Source: an uncultured Bacteroidota bacterium (GTDB taxonomy: Bacteria; Bacteroidota; Bacteroidia; Bacteroidales; WCHB1-69). Taken from it: DNA of 49,734 nt. A model generated the notes under the pieces. The model saw nothing but the letters and a program-made list of their open reading frames with translations, did no database searches and was not told the DNA's origin. Position 1 is the stretch's first letter; every line of letters starts with the position of its first letter. A program made the position numbers and the translations under genes. Location of the stretch: contig CACXUB010000010.1 of NCBI GenBank assembly GCA_902770735.1, positions 1-49,734 of the forward strand, read 5' to 3'. Shown in pieces: positions 35,349 to 46,206 of this stretch.

Positions 35349-38126
35349 ATGCTTAAACTTATTTTCAGCCCCTATTATGACGGGAACTGCTACGCCGGAA
35401 ATCCCGACAAAAACCAATGTGTGCTCGGCACGAAGTATGTCGGACCGCTCGGACTGCTCGACGAATTGGAGCTTCGCGCAGGGATGAGCCGCGGGGAGAC
35501 TTCCCCCATGCAGCGCGCCATCGCCTACTGTAACGCTATCCAGAATGTATTGGACAGCAAGCCTTCTTCAAAACCATTTTACCAACAGTCGTTCGAGAAC
35601 GACCCGCTTGGCGTGGCACAGCAGCTGCTCCGCTGGCGCGATGCTCTGTGTATGGCGGGATGGAGCAAGAACACCAAATTGCCCGACTCGCTTTCCGAAG
35701 ATGGGAAAAAGCGGTTGGAAGATTTGCAGGCAGTTGAAGAACATTTTCATAGCATCGGTGTCGGCGAAAGGTGGCATCAACTGCTGAATGCCGATTTGGA
35801 TGCCATGCTTCCTAAAGATTTGGAAATCGAGGTAGATATGAAGATGGAGCTGCTGCCGCCCGTCATCCGTAAGGTGCTGGAGAAAACCAAAAAAGCCAAG
35901 GAGTCCGAGTCCGTCGCAGATCTTGGAGACAAGACCCTCAGCGACTTTGCCGGGAAGTTCACCCTTTACCGGTTTCCCGAACAGAACGACGCCTACCAGT
36001 GGGCGGCGTTGCAAACGGAATTCACCCCCGACGTTTACGTCAACGAGGACAACTTCACTTTCAACCAGGTGCTGAAATCGGTGGGCAAGCCGTTGGTGGA
36101 TGCCTCTGTTGAGGGTGGTGCCGCCGAACTTTCGCAATTGCTGAAACTGGGTGTTGCCCTCTTCCGTGCTCCCGTCAATTACGACAAACTGATGAGCTAC
36201 CTTAGCATTTTCCGACATCCGATCGATTGGGAAACGCGCAGCTCACTATGTTACCACCTGAAACAAAAGGGCGGTTTGGGCGATATGGTAAATAAAGATG
36301 GCTCAATCACCAAAATTGACGAAACAGCAAAGAACTACCCCGAATTTTGGGGCATGTGGAACCATGGCATTAATGGGCAAGTTGCTGTGAATGAAGTGAA
36401 AAAGTTTTGCAAAAAACTGCTTAAATGGATAGAAACGGCAACTGTCAAAGCCAAGGCAGAGAAGGTTCTGTCGCCTTTGTCTGGCACGCAGGCGTGTGCC
36501 CAGCTGTCGCAGTTGCAGGAAAGAACCGAACTTCTGCTCATTGTTTTGGATGGGAGGAATGGCAATATCAGCAACGACGAACTGGACAAATTAGTCACCT
36601 CCATTTGTCAAGGCGGATTGGTGAGTACCGACTTTGCACGCCTCAAATCCCGCGATATGCTGAAAGACCTCAAAGGTCTGGCCGTGAGTGGGAAGACCGT
36701 GATGTGGCTGGACTGTGTGCGCAAACCGCGTTCGCGATATGAGTACGCCTTCCTGAATCCCGCCGACATCAAAAAACTACAAAATACAGGGTTGGAAATT
36801 CCGCCCGCCACGTTGGAGATGCTGGCCTCCGATTTCGCCGATCTACTGGCCGTAAGCCGGGCTGAAAAGATCATCGCCCTGATGCCCCAGCGTAAAGACG
36901 GAGAACGCACTGAGGAGAACCTGCTCATTACCGAACTTCGTGAAACTTCTTCCGGTACAATTACTATTGCCTCTCCGGTTTTGCCCTCAGGTATTGCCAT
37001 AACGACTACCCCCGCCGATACTCAGAAAGTGGAACATCAGGTTGACAAAGCTTTGTTTGCCAATATTGACAAACCAAAGCCGAAAGAAGAACAGACTATA
37101 GCAAGTGCTCCTTCCAAATTTATGCCCAGACCTGTAGGTTACCGACGCGACTACGAAAGTTTTTCGAGCTTGAGCGAACTTATCAACCAGCCGTTCGACT
37201 ATGTGCTGGATTACATTTACAATATGAAAGAAGAGGACGAGGGCAATCTTTCAACGATGGAAGGCAATGTGGCACATGCTGTTATAGAACAGATAGTGGC
37301 TGAGTGCAAAGACGCAAGCGGCAATGTGGATACTACAAAATTCCTGAGTATTTGCAAAAACAGCACAAACCTTGAAGATCGGACCGATAAGGCAATCCTT
37401 GAAGTAGGTGCCCAACTGCTACAGCCAGAAAACGAGATGGAATGCACCGTCTTCAAGCGGATTTTCATCGAAAAGAGCGTCCCCGTATTGGTGAAAATTA
37501 TTGAAGACAACACTTTGGAGGTGGTAGGCAGTGAAGTGGAATATACCACTATGCTGAAAGATTCCAGCGGAACAGATGCATTCAATTTCAACGCAAAAAT
37601 CGATTTCCTCCTGAAGAGGAAAAACAAAGAGAGCGGAGAATATGAGTATTTGATTTTCGATTTCAAATGGACTGGGAACCCCAGTAAAAGAGAAAAAGAA
37701 TTGAACGAGTGTAAAGAATTGCAATTGGCTTTGTATCAAAAGATTGCAGAGGTGAATGGCAAAACTCCCGTTGTGATGCGCGGCTACTATCTACTGAAAC
37801 AGGCACAGTTGCTCACCATTAATAACGTGCTGAAAACTGCTGACGATATTGTGGAACAAAAATCCACATACGATATCTTCGAGCAGGCCGTGGCCTCTTA
37901 TCGCGAGCGCATCAAAAACCTTAAAGAAGGATATATCGAGGAAGGGGAAGAAAAGAAGGGGACTGAATTTGAAAAAACAGTGTTTGTTGGAAATTATATG
38001 AGCAATCCGGATAATTACTACCTAAATAACAAGTTGAAGAAAAACAGCAGAGGACCTGGAATGACGGCTGCAGCGAAAGAATCAACCTACGGCAAGAATA
38101 CTGTATTAAAAGGCAAAATCAAGTAA
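35349..38126 (+). CDS. AddB/RexB-like protein with C-terminal PD-(D/E)XK nuclease
   Basis: GP.GLL..LELRAG, LL.WRD.L..AGW; ESFSSL..L...PFDY, GNVAH, AKIDFL...IFDFKW, LQLALY; start ATG 35349. Confidence 0.8.
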   Translation: MLKLIFSPYYDGNCYAGNPDKNQCVLGTKYVGPLGLLDELELRAGMSRGETSPMQRAIAYCNAIQNVLDSKPSSKPFYQQSFENDPLGVAQQLLRWRDALCMAGWSKNTKLPDSLSEDGKKRLEDLQAVEEHFHSIGVGERWHQLLNADLDAMLPKDLEIEVDMKMELLPPVIRKVLEKTKKAKESESVADLGDKTLSDFAGKFTLYRFPEQNDAYQWAALQTEFTPDVYVNEDNFTFNQVLKSVGKPLVDASVEGGAAELSQLLKLGVALFRAPVNYDKLMSYLSIFRHPIDWETRSSLCYHLKQKGGLGDMVNKDGSITKIDETAKNYPEFWGMWNHGINGQVAVNEVKKFCKKLLKWIETATVKAKAEKVLSPLSGTQACAQLSQLQERTELLLIVLDGRNGNISNDELDKLVTSICQGGLVSTDFARLKSRDMLKDLKGLAVSGKTVMWLDCVRKPRSRYEYAFLNPADIKKLQNTGLEIPPATLEMLASDFADLLAVSRAEKIIALMPQRKDGERTEENLLITELRETSSGTITIASPVLPSGIAITTTPADTQKVEHQVDKALFANIDKPKPKEEQTIASAPSKFMPRPVGYRRDYESFSSLSELINQPFDYVLDYIYNMKEEDEGNLSTMEGNVAHAVIEQIVAECKDASGNVDTTKFLSICKNSTNLEDRTDKAILEVGAQLLQPENEMECTVFKRIFIEKSVPVLVKIIEDNTLEVVGSEVEYTTMLKDSSGTDAFNFNAKIDFLLKRKNKESGEYEYLIFDFKWTGNPSKREKELNECKELQLALYQKIAEVNGKTPVVMRGYYLLKQAQLLTINNVLKTADDIVEQKSTYDIFEQAVASYRERIKNLKEGYIEEGEEKKGTEFEKTVFVGNYMSNPDNYYLNNKLKKNSRGPGMTAAAKESTYGKNTVLKGKIK

Positions 38127-38129
38127 ATT

Positions 38130-41100
38130 ATGAGAAACGTACATTATATCAATGCCGGCGCAGGTGCCGGAAAGACTTACAGGTTGGTGACCATCCTGAA
38201 AAATATTCTGACCGACAAGAATAATCCTTGCGCTCCATCGGAAATTATACTTACCACTTATACCAAGGCGGCTGCCAAAGAATTTCGGGAAAAGACTTTC
38301 AAAAGGTTACTTGAAGTCCCTGCCGCCCTCGATGTGGCCAAAATCCTCGACACCGCCACCATCGGCACCGTACACTCCGTGGCACAGCAGTATATACAAC
38401 GCTATTGGTCGCTGCTCGGCTATTCCGGACAGTTCAATGTGATGTCGGATGTGGACAAAAAACGCTACATCAACCAATCGCTCAAAAACGTAGTCAAACA
38501 TGCCGATTTGACTTTCTTTTACGAGTTCACCAGGGATTTTAACATAACGAAATATGATGTCGCAAAAGGTGTACCCCTTGTGAATTATGACTTTTGGAAA
38601 GATTATGTGCTGGAAATTGTTTCCAAAATGCGGGCATATAACATCAAGCCGACCCAATTAAAGAATTTCGCACAGCAGTCGTGCGATGTGGTGGACAGAC
38701 TGTTTATTCATGATTTCAAGCTGGCAACATTCCAAAGTTTGGCAAAAGATTACGTAGATTTTCTGGATAGATGTAATGGAAGATCTGCTGCAGCAGCCCA
38801 AAGGAAGAAAAAACAATATGACGTTCTTTGTGCTGCATCACCATTCTCCAAAGAAATCCTTAAAGAATTTGTCGCCTCAAAATCTGATTTCTACAACTAT
38901 TCAAGCACAATAGATAAAGAGCCAAATGCCGAAAAAAGTGGCGATAATTCAAAAAAATACATACAGAAATGTATTGTGCTTAATTCTGCCAATGGCATAA
39001 AAGTGAAAGACTGCATCAAACGCATCTTCACCATTGCAGAGACATGGTCGCAAAAATTCGAACAGTACAAACGTGACAACAACCTGCTGGATTTCGATGA
39101 TTTGGAGGCCAAGTTCCTCGAACTCCTTGATAAAAAAGAAGTTCAAGACGATATCCGAAGCAGTATCAAGTACCTGTTTGTGGATGAGTTTCAGGATTCG
39201 AACCCTATACAGCTTGAGATTTTCAAAAAACTTTCCGATTTGGTACAGGTAAAAAGCTACTGGGTGGGCGACCGCAAGCAGGCTATATACGGTTTCCGTG
39301 GCAGCGATTCCTCACTCACGACCAATCTGTTGAAGTCGTTTCCTGACCCTGTGCCCGGCCAAATATCTGGCTTTGTCCCCAATGCCGATGGCTGCACTTC
39401 GCAACTGATCGACACCTCCTACCGTTCCATCGAAAGCCTGGTGGAATTGGCGAATAAGGTGTTCGAAAAATCGTTTGCCTTTGGCGACCCGTCTGAAATC
39501 ATTGACAATGTGCCGTTGCAGGTAATACGGTTAGATGGGAATATCCAAACACCCATCCAGCATTGGCATTGCAACTCTGTGGACGCTTTGGCCGACCGCG
39601 TGGCGGAAATCCTGAACGGAAATGTAACTACCATACCCGGTGTATATGACGAAGGGGGGGCTGAAAAAACGGATAAAGACAAGAATTGGCGCACACAAAT
39701 TGTCCCTGCCGACATTGCCGTACTTTCGCGCACTAAAGCCGATTGTGCCAAAATTGAGGAAGCCCTGCGCAAAAAAGGCATCCCCGTTTCCTCGCCCGAG
39801 ACCTCCATTTTGGACAAAGCGGAGGTGCGACTCGTTTTTGCCCTGCTGAAATATGTGGCAGGCATCAAACGTCGGTATGCAAAGACGGAATTGGCCAAGT
39901 TACTGGAAGACAAAGGAATTGGCGATGTTTTGAAGGAGATTGCCGCCAATCGCTACGACTACAATCCTTTCTTCGACGAAGAGGACAGCAACGGGAATGA
40001 AGAAGATGCCACAACCACTTCAACAGCAGGAACGCCGGCAGGCAAATCGGCAAAAAAAGATCCTGATGCCTTTTTTGCAGACCTGAACGACAAACTACAA
40101 GGTTTGCGCGGGCTCAACATCAGCGCCATTGTCAAGGGCGTGATTGCCGTGATGGATGTGCGCAATGTAGTTGCAAAATGGGGCAACGCCGAAATCCGTC
40201 AGGACAACCTTGACACGTTGATTGAGCAGGCCATCGCCTACGAGCAGTCCACGGCAAATTCGGCCGAAAGCGCCACCGTGGCAGGCTTTATCAACTATAT
40301 GGAAGAGGTGGAAATACAGTCGGAGCTGGACCAAAGTGCCGAGGGAGTGAAAGTGGCTACCTACCACAAATCCAAAGGTTTGCAGTGGAAAATCGTTATC
40401 CTCAACTCGTTGGATGATAATGAATTGGAGCTCGCTGATTTTGTCAAGAAAAACTGGTTCGGCCTGAATCTGAAAGGTGACTATGGCAATGCTGAACTGC
40501 AGCTGATCCCCAATTGCGGAGATGTGACGGATGCTGTGGCCGAAGCAGTTTTGGCATTATCTAAACAAACGGCGGGCAGCGACGACAACAGCTATTACAA
40601 TATGGTACACGGCAAGGTGGAAGGCGAAATCAAGCGGCTGCTGTATGTGGGTGTCACCCGTGCCCGTGACTACCTTGTAACTACTTCTTTTCCAGATGCT
40701 TGGGGTAGGGCGCAGTCAATGGATTGGATTAAGAACATAATTGGCAGTCCCGCTCCTGCTGCATTGGACACACCTAATAGCCAAACCGACAAAACGCCTG
40801 TTGACTTTTGGGGAGTGCCGGCACATCCCGCCTATTATGAGCAACTTGCCGATTCGGGCAATACCTTCTCTGGTTCGGCGACCACAGATGTGAAACTGGA
40901 TTCAGTAGCGATTAGTACAGAAACGACTCCCAAAACCATCTCTCCCAGCAGCTCGCTGGAGAAATACAACGCTAAGGCTGATCTTCTTGGTCGCTTTTCA
41001 TCTCATTACATTGAACACGGAACTATCAAAGAGGGAGAATCCGCCGCTTTCGGCACCTGCATCCACAACTACTTCGCAGCACACCGATGGGATGGTAAGG

Positions 41101-41558
41101 ACAAGATTGGTGACAATGTAGCATACAACGAAGCCTTCGCTGCTACAACGATAGCGAACCACAATATGACCGAGGAGTTACCCTATCCGGAACTTCTGAC
41201 CCAAGCGGCAGACACCTTGTTCTTCTATCTGGAAAACACGTTCGGCCCAGGTGAATTACTCCGCGAGACTCCGTTCTCTTACCGCCGTAACAACGAGCAG
41301 TTGGTGCAGGGCGAAATCGACTTGATTTGGAAAACTGACAAAGAGTGCATCTTGTTGGATTACAAGAATTTCCCCGCACCAGAAAAATGGGGAAAGGAAA
41401 TTGTCATGGACGACAGGTCCGACAATAAGTTTTATGTGAAAAAGTACTTCCCGCAGTTGGGTGACTACCGCGCCGCCCTCACTGCATACGGCATGAATGT
41501 GACGCACGTGTTCGTGTTCTATGCCGTGCTGGGGTGCTTGGTGGAGGTGAAGTTTTAA
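38130..41558 (+). CDS. AddA-like UvrD/SF1 helicase with C-terminal RecB-type nuclease
   Basis: AGAGAGKT, TTYTKAAA, GTVHS, VDEFQDS, VGDRKQAIYGFRG, SYRS, TYHKSKGLQW, RLLYVGVTRAR; FGTCIH, GEIDL...LDYK, QL..Y. Confidence 0.9.
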   Translation: MRNVHYINAGAGAGKTYRLVTILKNILTDKNNPCAPSEIILTTYTKAAAKEFREKTFKRLLEVPAALDVAKILDTATIGTVHSVAQQYIQRYWSLLGYSGQFNVMSDVDKKRYINQSLKNVVKHADLTFFYEFTRDFNITKYDVAKGVPLVNYDFWKDYVLEIVSKMRAYNIKPTQLKNFAQQSCDVVDRLFIHDFKLATFQSLAKDYVDFLDRCNGRSAAAAQRKKKQYDVLCAASPFSKEILKEFVASKSDFYNYSSTIDKEPNAEKSGDNSKKYIQKCIVLNSANGIKVKDCIKRIFTIAETWSQKFEQYKRDNNLLDFDDLEAKFLELLDKKEVQDDIRSSIKYLFVDEFQDSNPIQLEIFKKLSDLVQVKSYWVGDRKQAIYGFRGSDSSLTTNLLKSFPDPVPGQISGFVPNADGCTSQLIDTSYRSIESLVELANKVFEKSFAFGDPSEIIDNVPLQVIRLDGNIQTPIQHWHCNSVDALADRVAEILNGNVTTIPGVYDEGGAEKTDKDKNWRTQIVPADIAVLSRTKADCAKIEEALRKKGIPVSSPETSILDKAEVRLVFALLKYVAGIKRRYAKTELAKLLEDKGIGDVLKEIAANRYDYNPFFDEEDSNGNEEDATTTSTAGTPAGKSAKKDPDAFFADLNDKLQGLRGLNISAIVKGVIAVMDVRNVVAKWGNAEIRQDNLDTLIEQAIAYEQSTANSAESATVAGFINYMEEVEIQSELDQSAEGVKVATYHKSKGLQWKIVILNSLDDNELELADFVKKNWFGLNLKGDYGNAELQLIPNCGDVTDAVAEAVLALSKQTAGSDDNSYYNMVHGKVEGEIKRLLYVGVTRARDYLVTTSFPDAWGRAQSMDWIKNIIGSPAPAALDTPNSQTDKTPVDFWGVPAHPAYYEQLADSGNTFSGSATTDVKLDSVAISTETTPKTISPSSSLEKYNAKADLLGRFSSHYIEHGTIKEGESAAFGTCIHNYFAAHRWDGKDKIGDNVAYNEAFAATTIANHNMTEELPYPELLTQAADTLFFYLENTFGPGELLRETPFSYRRNNEQLVQGEIDLIWKTDKECILLDYKNFPAPEKWGKEIVMDDRSDNKFYVKKYFPQLGDYRAALTAYGMNVTHVFVFYAVLGCLVEVKF

Positions 41559-41645
41559 GGATACGTGGTGCCGGGATGGGGAGAATAGAGTCGTAAAGAG
41601 GGAGAACCATTCCGGCCGAAACACGTCTTTCTCGGGACGATACCC

Positions 41646-42581
41646 CTATTGCTTCACGTCCTTCAAATCGCGCACGCGGAAATTGTTCCACATGGGCTTG
41701 ATGCGGGGATCGTAGCGGGTCTCGTCGATTTGGACGCCACCGTTGGTGAGCGCGATTTTGCCGATGAAGTTCTCGATGACTTCGAATTCGTCTTTGTAGA
41801 AAATGGCCACCTGGTGCCCAAGGCCCGTGTAGCGGCGGATGTGGTAGCTGTAGCCGTTTTTCTTGAACTGCTTCACAATGGCGTTCGAGCCGTAAAAACC
41901 GAGGTTCGCGAAGGCGGTTTTGTCGTAATTCACCAACTTGTCTTCGGTGCCGTGACAGAACAATGTGGGCGCAGGATCGCGCAACTTGTATTTCGGCTTC
42001 CCGTGCGTGGAGAAGATGGCGCCGGCGTATGAAACAACACCTGCGAGCCGGAAATCTTTGGGCAGGATGCCGCTGTTGAGATACCCGTTGCACATCGCGT
42101 AGTCGGCTTGCAACGCCGCGATGGCACCGGCACTGCTGCCCATCACGATGATGTTGGCACTGTTGATGGTGTATTTCTTCGTGCTCTGAAGCTCCCGGAG
42201 GGTGTAGTCCAGTGCCGAAATCACATCTTCGGCAGCCATGTCGATGGATCTCTGGAACTGCTTCATGGCTTTCAACGGGGCGAACTCCTTCTGTCCGCGC
42301 ATCCCAAGCCGGTAGTCGATGGCGATGACCACGTAGCCCTTGTCGGTGAAGTGTTTCTTGACTTCCTGCACTTGGCTGTCGTCGCGTTTCCCGCTGATGA
42401 AACCGCCCCCGAAGACGAAGACCAGACAGGATTGCTGCTCGTTCTGCACCTTGGGGACATACACGTCCATGTAGAGCTTCGTGCTGTCTTTTTCTGCGTA
42501 CAGATACGTTTCCTTCTCTTGCGCAAATGCGCTGAAAACGGCAATAAACGCCAATGCTATTGTCAAAACCAGTCGTTTCAT
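41646..42581 (-). CDS. Secreted alpha/beta hydrolase (carboxylesterase/lipase)
   Basis: Signal peptide, FGGGF, IDYRLG, GSSAG, HGTEDKLV, GHQ. Confidence 0.88.
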   Translation of the reverse strand: MKRLVLTIALAFIAVFSAFAQEKETYLYAEKDSTKLYMDVYVPKVQNEQQSCLVFVFGGGFISGKRDDSQVQEVKKHFTDKGYVVIAIDYRLGMRGQKEFAPLKAMKQFQRSIDMAAEDVISALDYTLRELQSTKKYTINSANIIVMGSSAGAIAALQADYAMCNGYLNSGILPKDFRLAGVVSYAGAIFSTHGKPKYKLRDPAPTLFCHGTEDKLVNYDKTAFANLGFYGSNAIVKQFKKNGYSYHIRRYTGLGHQVAIFYKDEFEVIENFIGKIALTNGGVQIDETRYDPRIKPMWNNFRVRDLKDVKQ

Positions 42582-42584
42582 CTT

Positions 42585-43883
42585 TTATTCTATGTTCGCT
42601 TTAATCGTGAGTTCGTCTTCTTGTTTGCCCCTCTTTTCAAGCGCCCGCAGCATCAATAACGGAATCATCAGCGCGAAGAAGTCCACGCCGAAGCGCCGGT
42701 CGAAAACGCACTCCACACAACTGTTCAGCGCCAGCAGGATGAAAATCGAGAGCAGCAGGATGTCTTTGTGTCGGATGGAGGTGCCCAGCGGGGTGAAAAA
42801 GTACAGCAACAGGAGTATCAGTCCCGGGATGCCGTTGGTCAGCAGGGCTTGAAGGTATTGGTTGTGCGCGTTGTAGTTGTGCTCGAAGTCCACCCAGTAG
42901 CCTTTTTCGCGATACTTCTCGCGTGTCGCCTCGAAACAGTCGCCGGTGCCGGTGCCGAACGGCAGGTTCTCGACAGCCGCCTCCCATGCCGCCTGCCAGA
43001 TGACCATTCGCGCGTCACTCGGTTTCTTGCCGTTCTCGTCCAGCGTGTATTTCGATTCTATGAAACGGTTTTCAGGCGCGATCTGGGTGGTCATCAGTAT
43101 GATGAACATGCCGACGATTAGGGAGAAAATGAGCAACATCCCTTTCCAGGCCGATCTCCGCTGGCGAATGACGTAAATGCCTAACGGAAGGTGGATGATG
43201 ATGAAAGTGAGAATCCCCGCCCTCGAATATAGACAGAACACGCTGACAAGCAGAATGGTTGCGATGGAATACAACAATGTTTTTCTCAGGGTGGATAGCC
43301 TGAATTTGTTTTCGAAGATATACAGGAAAACAAGGATGTAGGCGAAGGTGGTGTATATGGCCACGTAGGTCGGATGGCGCAGGAAGGAGAAGGTGGAGTA
43401 GTACAGGTAGGTGTTGTCGCCGGTCGTGGCGGCCATGAAGATGCCGCGAGTGAACAGAACGATAATGTGAAGAAGCACGCTGGCGGTAAAAGACCCGAAT
43501 AGGATATTTATGTGTTTGTTAGTCAGTATTTTGCGTGATGTAGTGAGCAGGATGAGCGGCGCGATGAAGAACCATAGATAGCATTCGAAGGTGCGCCATG
43601 CGTAGGCTTGGTTGGTGGAGTTTGTCAGTCCGAAAATGGGGATTAGACAAATGGCAAGCAGGAAGATACCATAAGGGATGCCGTCGTTGGCTTTGAAATT
43701 CTCCCATTTCGCACGCCATTGGCCTTGCGCGATCCACAGCACCATCAGCAGAATGCCGAACGGCCACATTAGATAGGTGGTGAACGGCAATAAAGCCATC
43801 GTCAGCATCATGATGATGAAGCTGACGTTGAAAAGCCTGTCGGGAGTGCGCAGGTCTTGGCAGTATGTGCGGACGCTATTCAT
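42585..43883 (-). CDS. O-antigen ligase (Wzy_C) family membrane protein
   Basis: Multiple TM helices, [24 protein letters not shown]; start ATG 43883 overlaps the trmD stop. Confidence 0.85.
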   Translation of the reverse strand: MNSVRTYCQDLRTPDRLFNVSFIIMMLTMALLPFTTYLMWPFGILLMVLWIAQGQWRAKWENFKANDGIPYGIFLLAICLIPIFGLTNSTNQAYAWRTFECYLWFFIAPLILLTTSRKILTNKHINILFGSFTASVLLHIIVLFTRGIFMAATTGDNTYLYYSTFSFLRHPTYVAIYTTFAYILVFLYIFENKFRLSTLRKTLLYSIATILLVSVFCLYSRAGILTFIIIHLPLGIYVIRQRRSAWKGMLLIFSLIVGMFIILMTTQIAPENRFIESKYTLDENGKKPSDARMVIWQAAWEAAVENLPFGTGTGDCFEATREKYREKGYWVDFEHNYNAHNQYLQALLTNGIPGLILLLLYFFTPLGTSIRHKDILLLSIFILLALNSCVECVFDRRFGVDFFALMIPLLMLRALEKRGKQEDELTIKANIE

Positions 43884-44556
43884 GTTCGAGCAGGTCGGGT
43901 CTTCGTTCACGGGTTCGGGTCAGCTGCTGCTCCATGCGCCATTCGTCGATGAGCTTCGGGTTTCCGGAGAGCAGGACGTCGGGGACACGGTGTCCGCGGA
44001 AGTCGGCGGGACGGGTATATACGGGAGCGGAGAGCAGGTTGTCCTGGAAGGAGTCGGAGAGGGCGGAGGAACCGTCGCTGATTACGCCGGGAATCACCCG
44101 CGCAATGGCGTCGGTGATGACCATGGCCGCCAACTCGCCGCCCGAAAGCACGTAGTCGCCGATGCTGAGATCCTCGGTGATGTACAGCTCCCGCACGCGC
44201 TCGTCAACGCCTTTGTAGTGACCGCAAAGCAGGATGATGTTTTGGCGCAGCGACAATTCGTTGGCTTTCTGCTGGTTAAAGGTCGTGCCGTCGGGTGCCA
44301 TCAGGAAAATGCCATCGTATTCGCGCTCACTCTGCAGCTGTTCGATGCAGCGGGCGATGGGTTCGATCATCATCACCATGCCCGCACCGCCGCCGAACGG
44401 GTAGTCGTCGGCGCGGTGGTGCTTGTCGTATGTGTAGGCGCGGATGTCGTGGACATGCACCTCCAGGTACTGTTTTTCCACGGCGCGTTTCAGTATAGAA
44501 CTGCCGAACACGCCGGGGAACATTTCGGGGAAAAGGGTCAGTATATCTATTCTCAT
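43876..44556 (-). CDS. trmD: tRNA (guanine37-N1)-methyltransferase
   Basis: [43 protein letters not shown]. Confidence 0.97.
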   Translation of the reverse strand: MRIDILTLFPEMFPGVFGSSILKRAVEKQYLEVHVHDIRAYTYDKHHRADDYPFGGGAGMVMMIEPIARCIEQLQSEREYDGIFLMAPDGTTFNQQKANELSLRQNIILLCGHYKGVDERVRELYITEDLSIGDYVLSGGELAAMVITDAIARVIPGVISDGSSALSDSFQDNLLSAPVYTRPADFRGHRVPDVLLSGNPKLIDEWRMEQQLTRTRERRPDLLEHE

Positions 44557-45209
44557 CTCGTCAGTTTCTGAATCATCATGATGCCGTCGCGGAAGGGCAG
44601 CAGCAGGTTGCGCACGCGCGGGTCCTCCTGCACCTTGTCGTTGAAGGCCAATATCGCCTGGGTGTCCCTGTCGTTATGCCGCACCTCCTGTACCACTTTG
44701 CTGTTCCATAAAGTATTGTCAATCAATATGAAACCGTTTTCTCGCACTTGAGGCAGCACTAAATTGTAGTATTCCTCGTAGTCGGTTTTCTCCGCATCGA
44801 TAAAAACCAAGTCCCAAGTTTCGTTGAGTGAGGGCACCACGGTTTTTGCATCGCCGATGTGAAGCTGTATCTTCTGGCTGTCAGGACTTTGCGATACATA
44901 TTCCCGAATACGGTCTTCGTATTCTTCGTTAATCTCTATGGTATGAAGGATACCGTCTTCAACCAGCCCTTCGGCTAAGCAGATGGCGGAGTATCCGGTG
45001 AAGGTGCCGATTTCAAGGATTCTTTTCGGACGTATCATCCTGGAAATCAGCGATAAAAACTCTCCTTGCAGTTGTCCCGAGGCCATTCGGGGGTTGATGG
45101 TCTGCAGATGCGTCTCTCGGTACAGCCGACGGAGCAGTTCGCTCTCTCCGGTCGTGTGCGCCTCGCAGTAGGCCTCGATTTCGGGTTCTATGAGCTCGAA
45201 TGTGGACAT
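44553..45209 (-). CDS. Class I SAM-dependent O-methyltransferase
   Basis: [31 protein letters not shown]. Confidence 0.92.
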   Translation of the reverse strand: MSTFELIEPEIEAYCEAHTTGESELLRRLYRETHLQTINPRMASGQLQGEFLSLISRMIRPKRILEIGTFTGYSAICLAEGLVEDGILHTIEINEEYEDRIREYVSQSPDSQKIQLHIGDAKTVVPSLNETWDLVFIDAEKTDYEEYYNLVLPQVRENGFILIDNTLWNSKVVQEVRHNDRDTQAILAFNDKVQEDPRVRNLLLPFRDGIMMIQKLTR

Positions 45210-45398
45210 TTACGACAGTTCTTCGATGGTTTTGTTGACTTCCTCTTCGGTTTTTGTCAGCTTGTCACGGCAGATCTTCATCAGCACCGTGGCACGTTTC
45301 ATCTTCTCGGTCAGCTCGTCCACGCTGACATTGTCGTTTTCCAGCTGGTCCACGATCTCCTTCAGTTCTTCGAAAGCGGCGGTATAGGTGATTTCCAT
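45210..45398 (-). CDS. xseB: Exodeoxyribonuclease VII small subunit
   Basis: TYTAAFEELKEIV.QLE...VSVDEL...KRA..L...C..KL. Confidence 0.9.
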   Translation of the reverse strand: MEITYTAAFEELKEIVDQLENDNVSVDELTEKMKRATVLMKICRDKLTKTEEEVNKTIEELS

Positions 45399-45438
45399 TT
45401 TAAAGGTTAAAGGTCAATGGGTTAGAGGTTAGGTGGTT

Positions 45439-45536
45439 CTAAGTTTAAGTTCTAAGTCTAAGTCTAAGTTTAAGTTTAAGTCTAAGTTTAAGTCTAAGTT
45501 TAAGTTTAAGTCTAAGTTTAAGTCTAAGTTTAAGTC
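45439..45536. repeat. Hexamer tandem repeat (TCTAAG/TTTAAG)n
   Basis: About 16 units in the intergenic region upstream of xseB. Confidence 0.9.
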
Positions 45537-45579
45537 GAGGTCTATGTTCCAATCTGTCATTTCCATTAATATCCAATAG

Positions 45580-46197
45580 CTAATACTGAATGCCGAGTCG
45601 GACGCCGGCGTAGTGGTAGAGTACGTTTTTGCGGGCGTTGGTGGAGTAGGCGGAGAAGTCTTGTTCGTTGGGGTCGAGGATGGTGTAGCGGATGTCGGAG
45701 TATTGGTTTTTGTAGCAGGCGGCGATCACGATGGAGAGTTTTTCGTTGAGGTTGATGCGCATGCCGATGCCGGCCTCGCCCATTGGGCCGGTTTTCGTGC
45801 CGTGCACCACGCGGTCCATCTTCTCAGGGATGGAGGAGACGTACCATTTGAAGCTGTAACCTGCGTTCAGGTAGAACAACGGTTCGATTTTTGTGTCGGT
45901 GAAGTTGACGGTGAAGTTGAGGTAGATGGGGATGAACGCGGTGTGCCGCCAGAAATCGAAGCCGGCGCCAAGACCCATCTGGAAATACGGGTTGAACTGG
46001 TAGCCGAGGAGCTGGTTCACGGAGATGTCGAAGTTCTTGTTCTGGACGGTCTTGTTCTCCAGTTCGATTTGCCCTAATCCGGTCGCATAGCCCAAGGAGG
46101 TCATATAGATGAACTTGCGGTCGGGCGTCGGACGTCTTTGTGCGTAAACGCTGGCGCAAAGCAGCGTGGCGACGAGGAGGATGAGTGTCTTTTTCAT
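45580..46197 (-). CDS. Outer-membrane beta-barrel protein
   Basis: Signal peptide, amphipathic strands (GYQFNPYFQMGLGAG), terminal GVRLGIQY. Confidence 0.8.
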   Translation of the reverse strand: MKKTLILLVATLLCASVYAQRRPTPDRKFIYMTSLGYATGLGQIELENKTVQNKNFDISVNQLLGYQFNPYFQMGLGAGFDFWRHTAFIPIYLNFTVNFTDTKIEPLFYLNAGYSFKWYVSSIPEKMDRVVHGTKTGPMGEAGIGMRINLNEKLSIVIAACYKNQYSDIRYTILDPNEQDFSAYSTNARKNVLYHYAGVRLGIQY

Positions 46198-46206
46198 AAG
46201 GCTAAC

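Noticed and set aside
35085-35417. N-terminal extensions of ORFs 33984-35417 and 35304-38126
   Set aside because: They run through the divergent promoter/operator region; starts at 35084 and 35349 fit the -7 boxes.
41559-41645. attR (tRNA 3'-end duplication) at the right end of the accessory region
   Set aside because: No match to the tRNA-Gly or tRNA-Leu 3' ends was seen and no integrase is present in the window.
19746-45536. Tandem arrays or the recurring palindrome as a CRISPR array
   Set aside because: No 25-40 bp repeats with regularly sized unique spacers, and no cas1/cas2 or effector genes; Cas4-like motifs in DUF2779 alone are insufficient.
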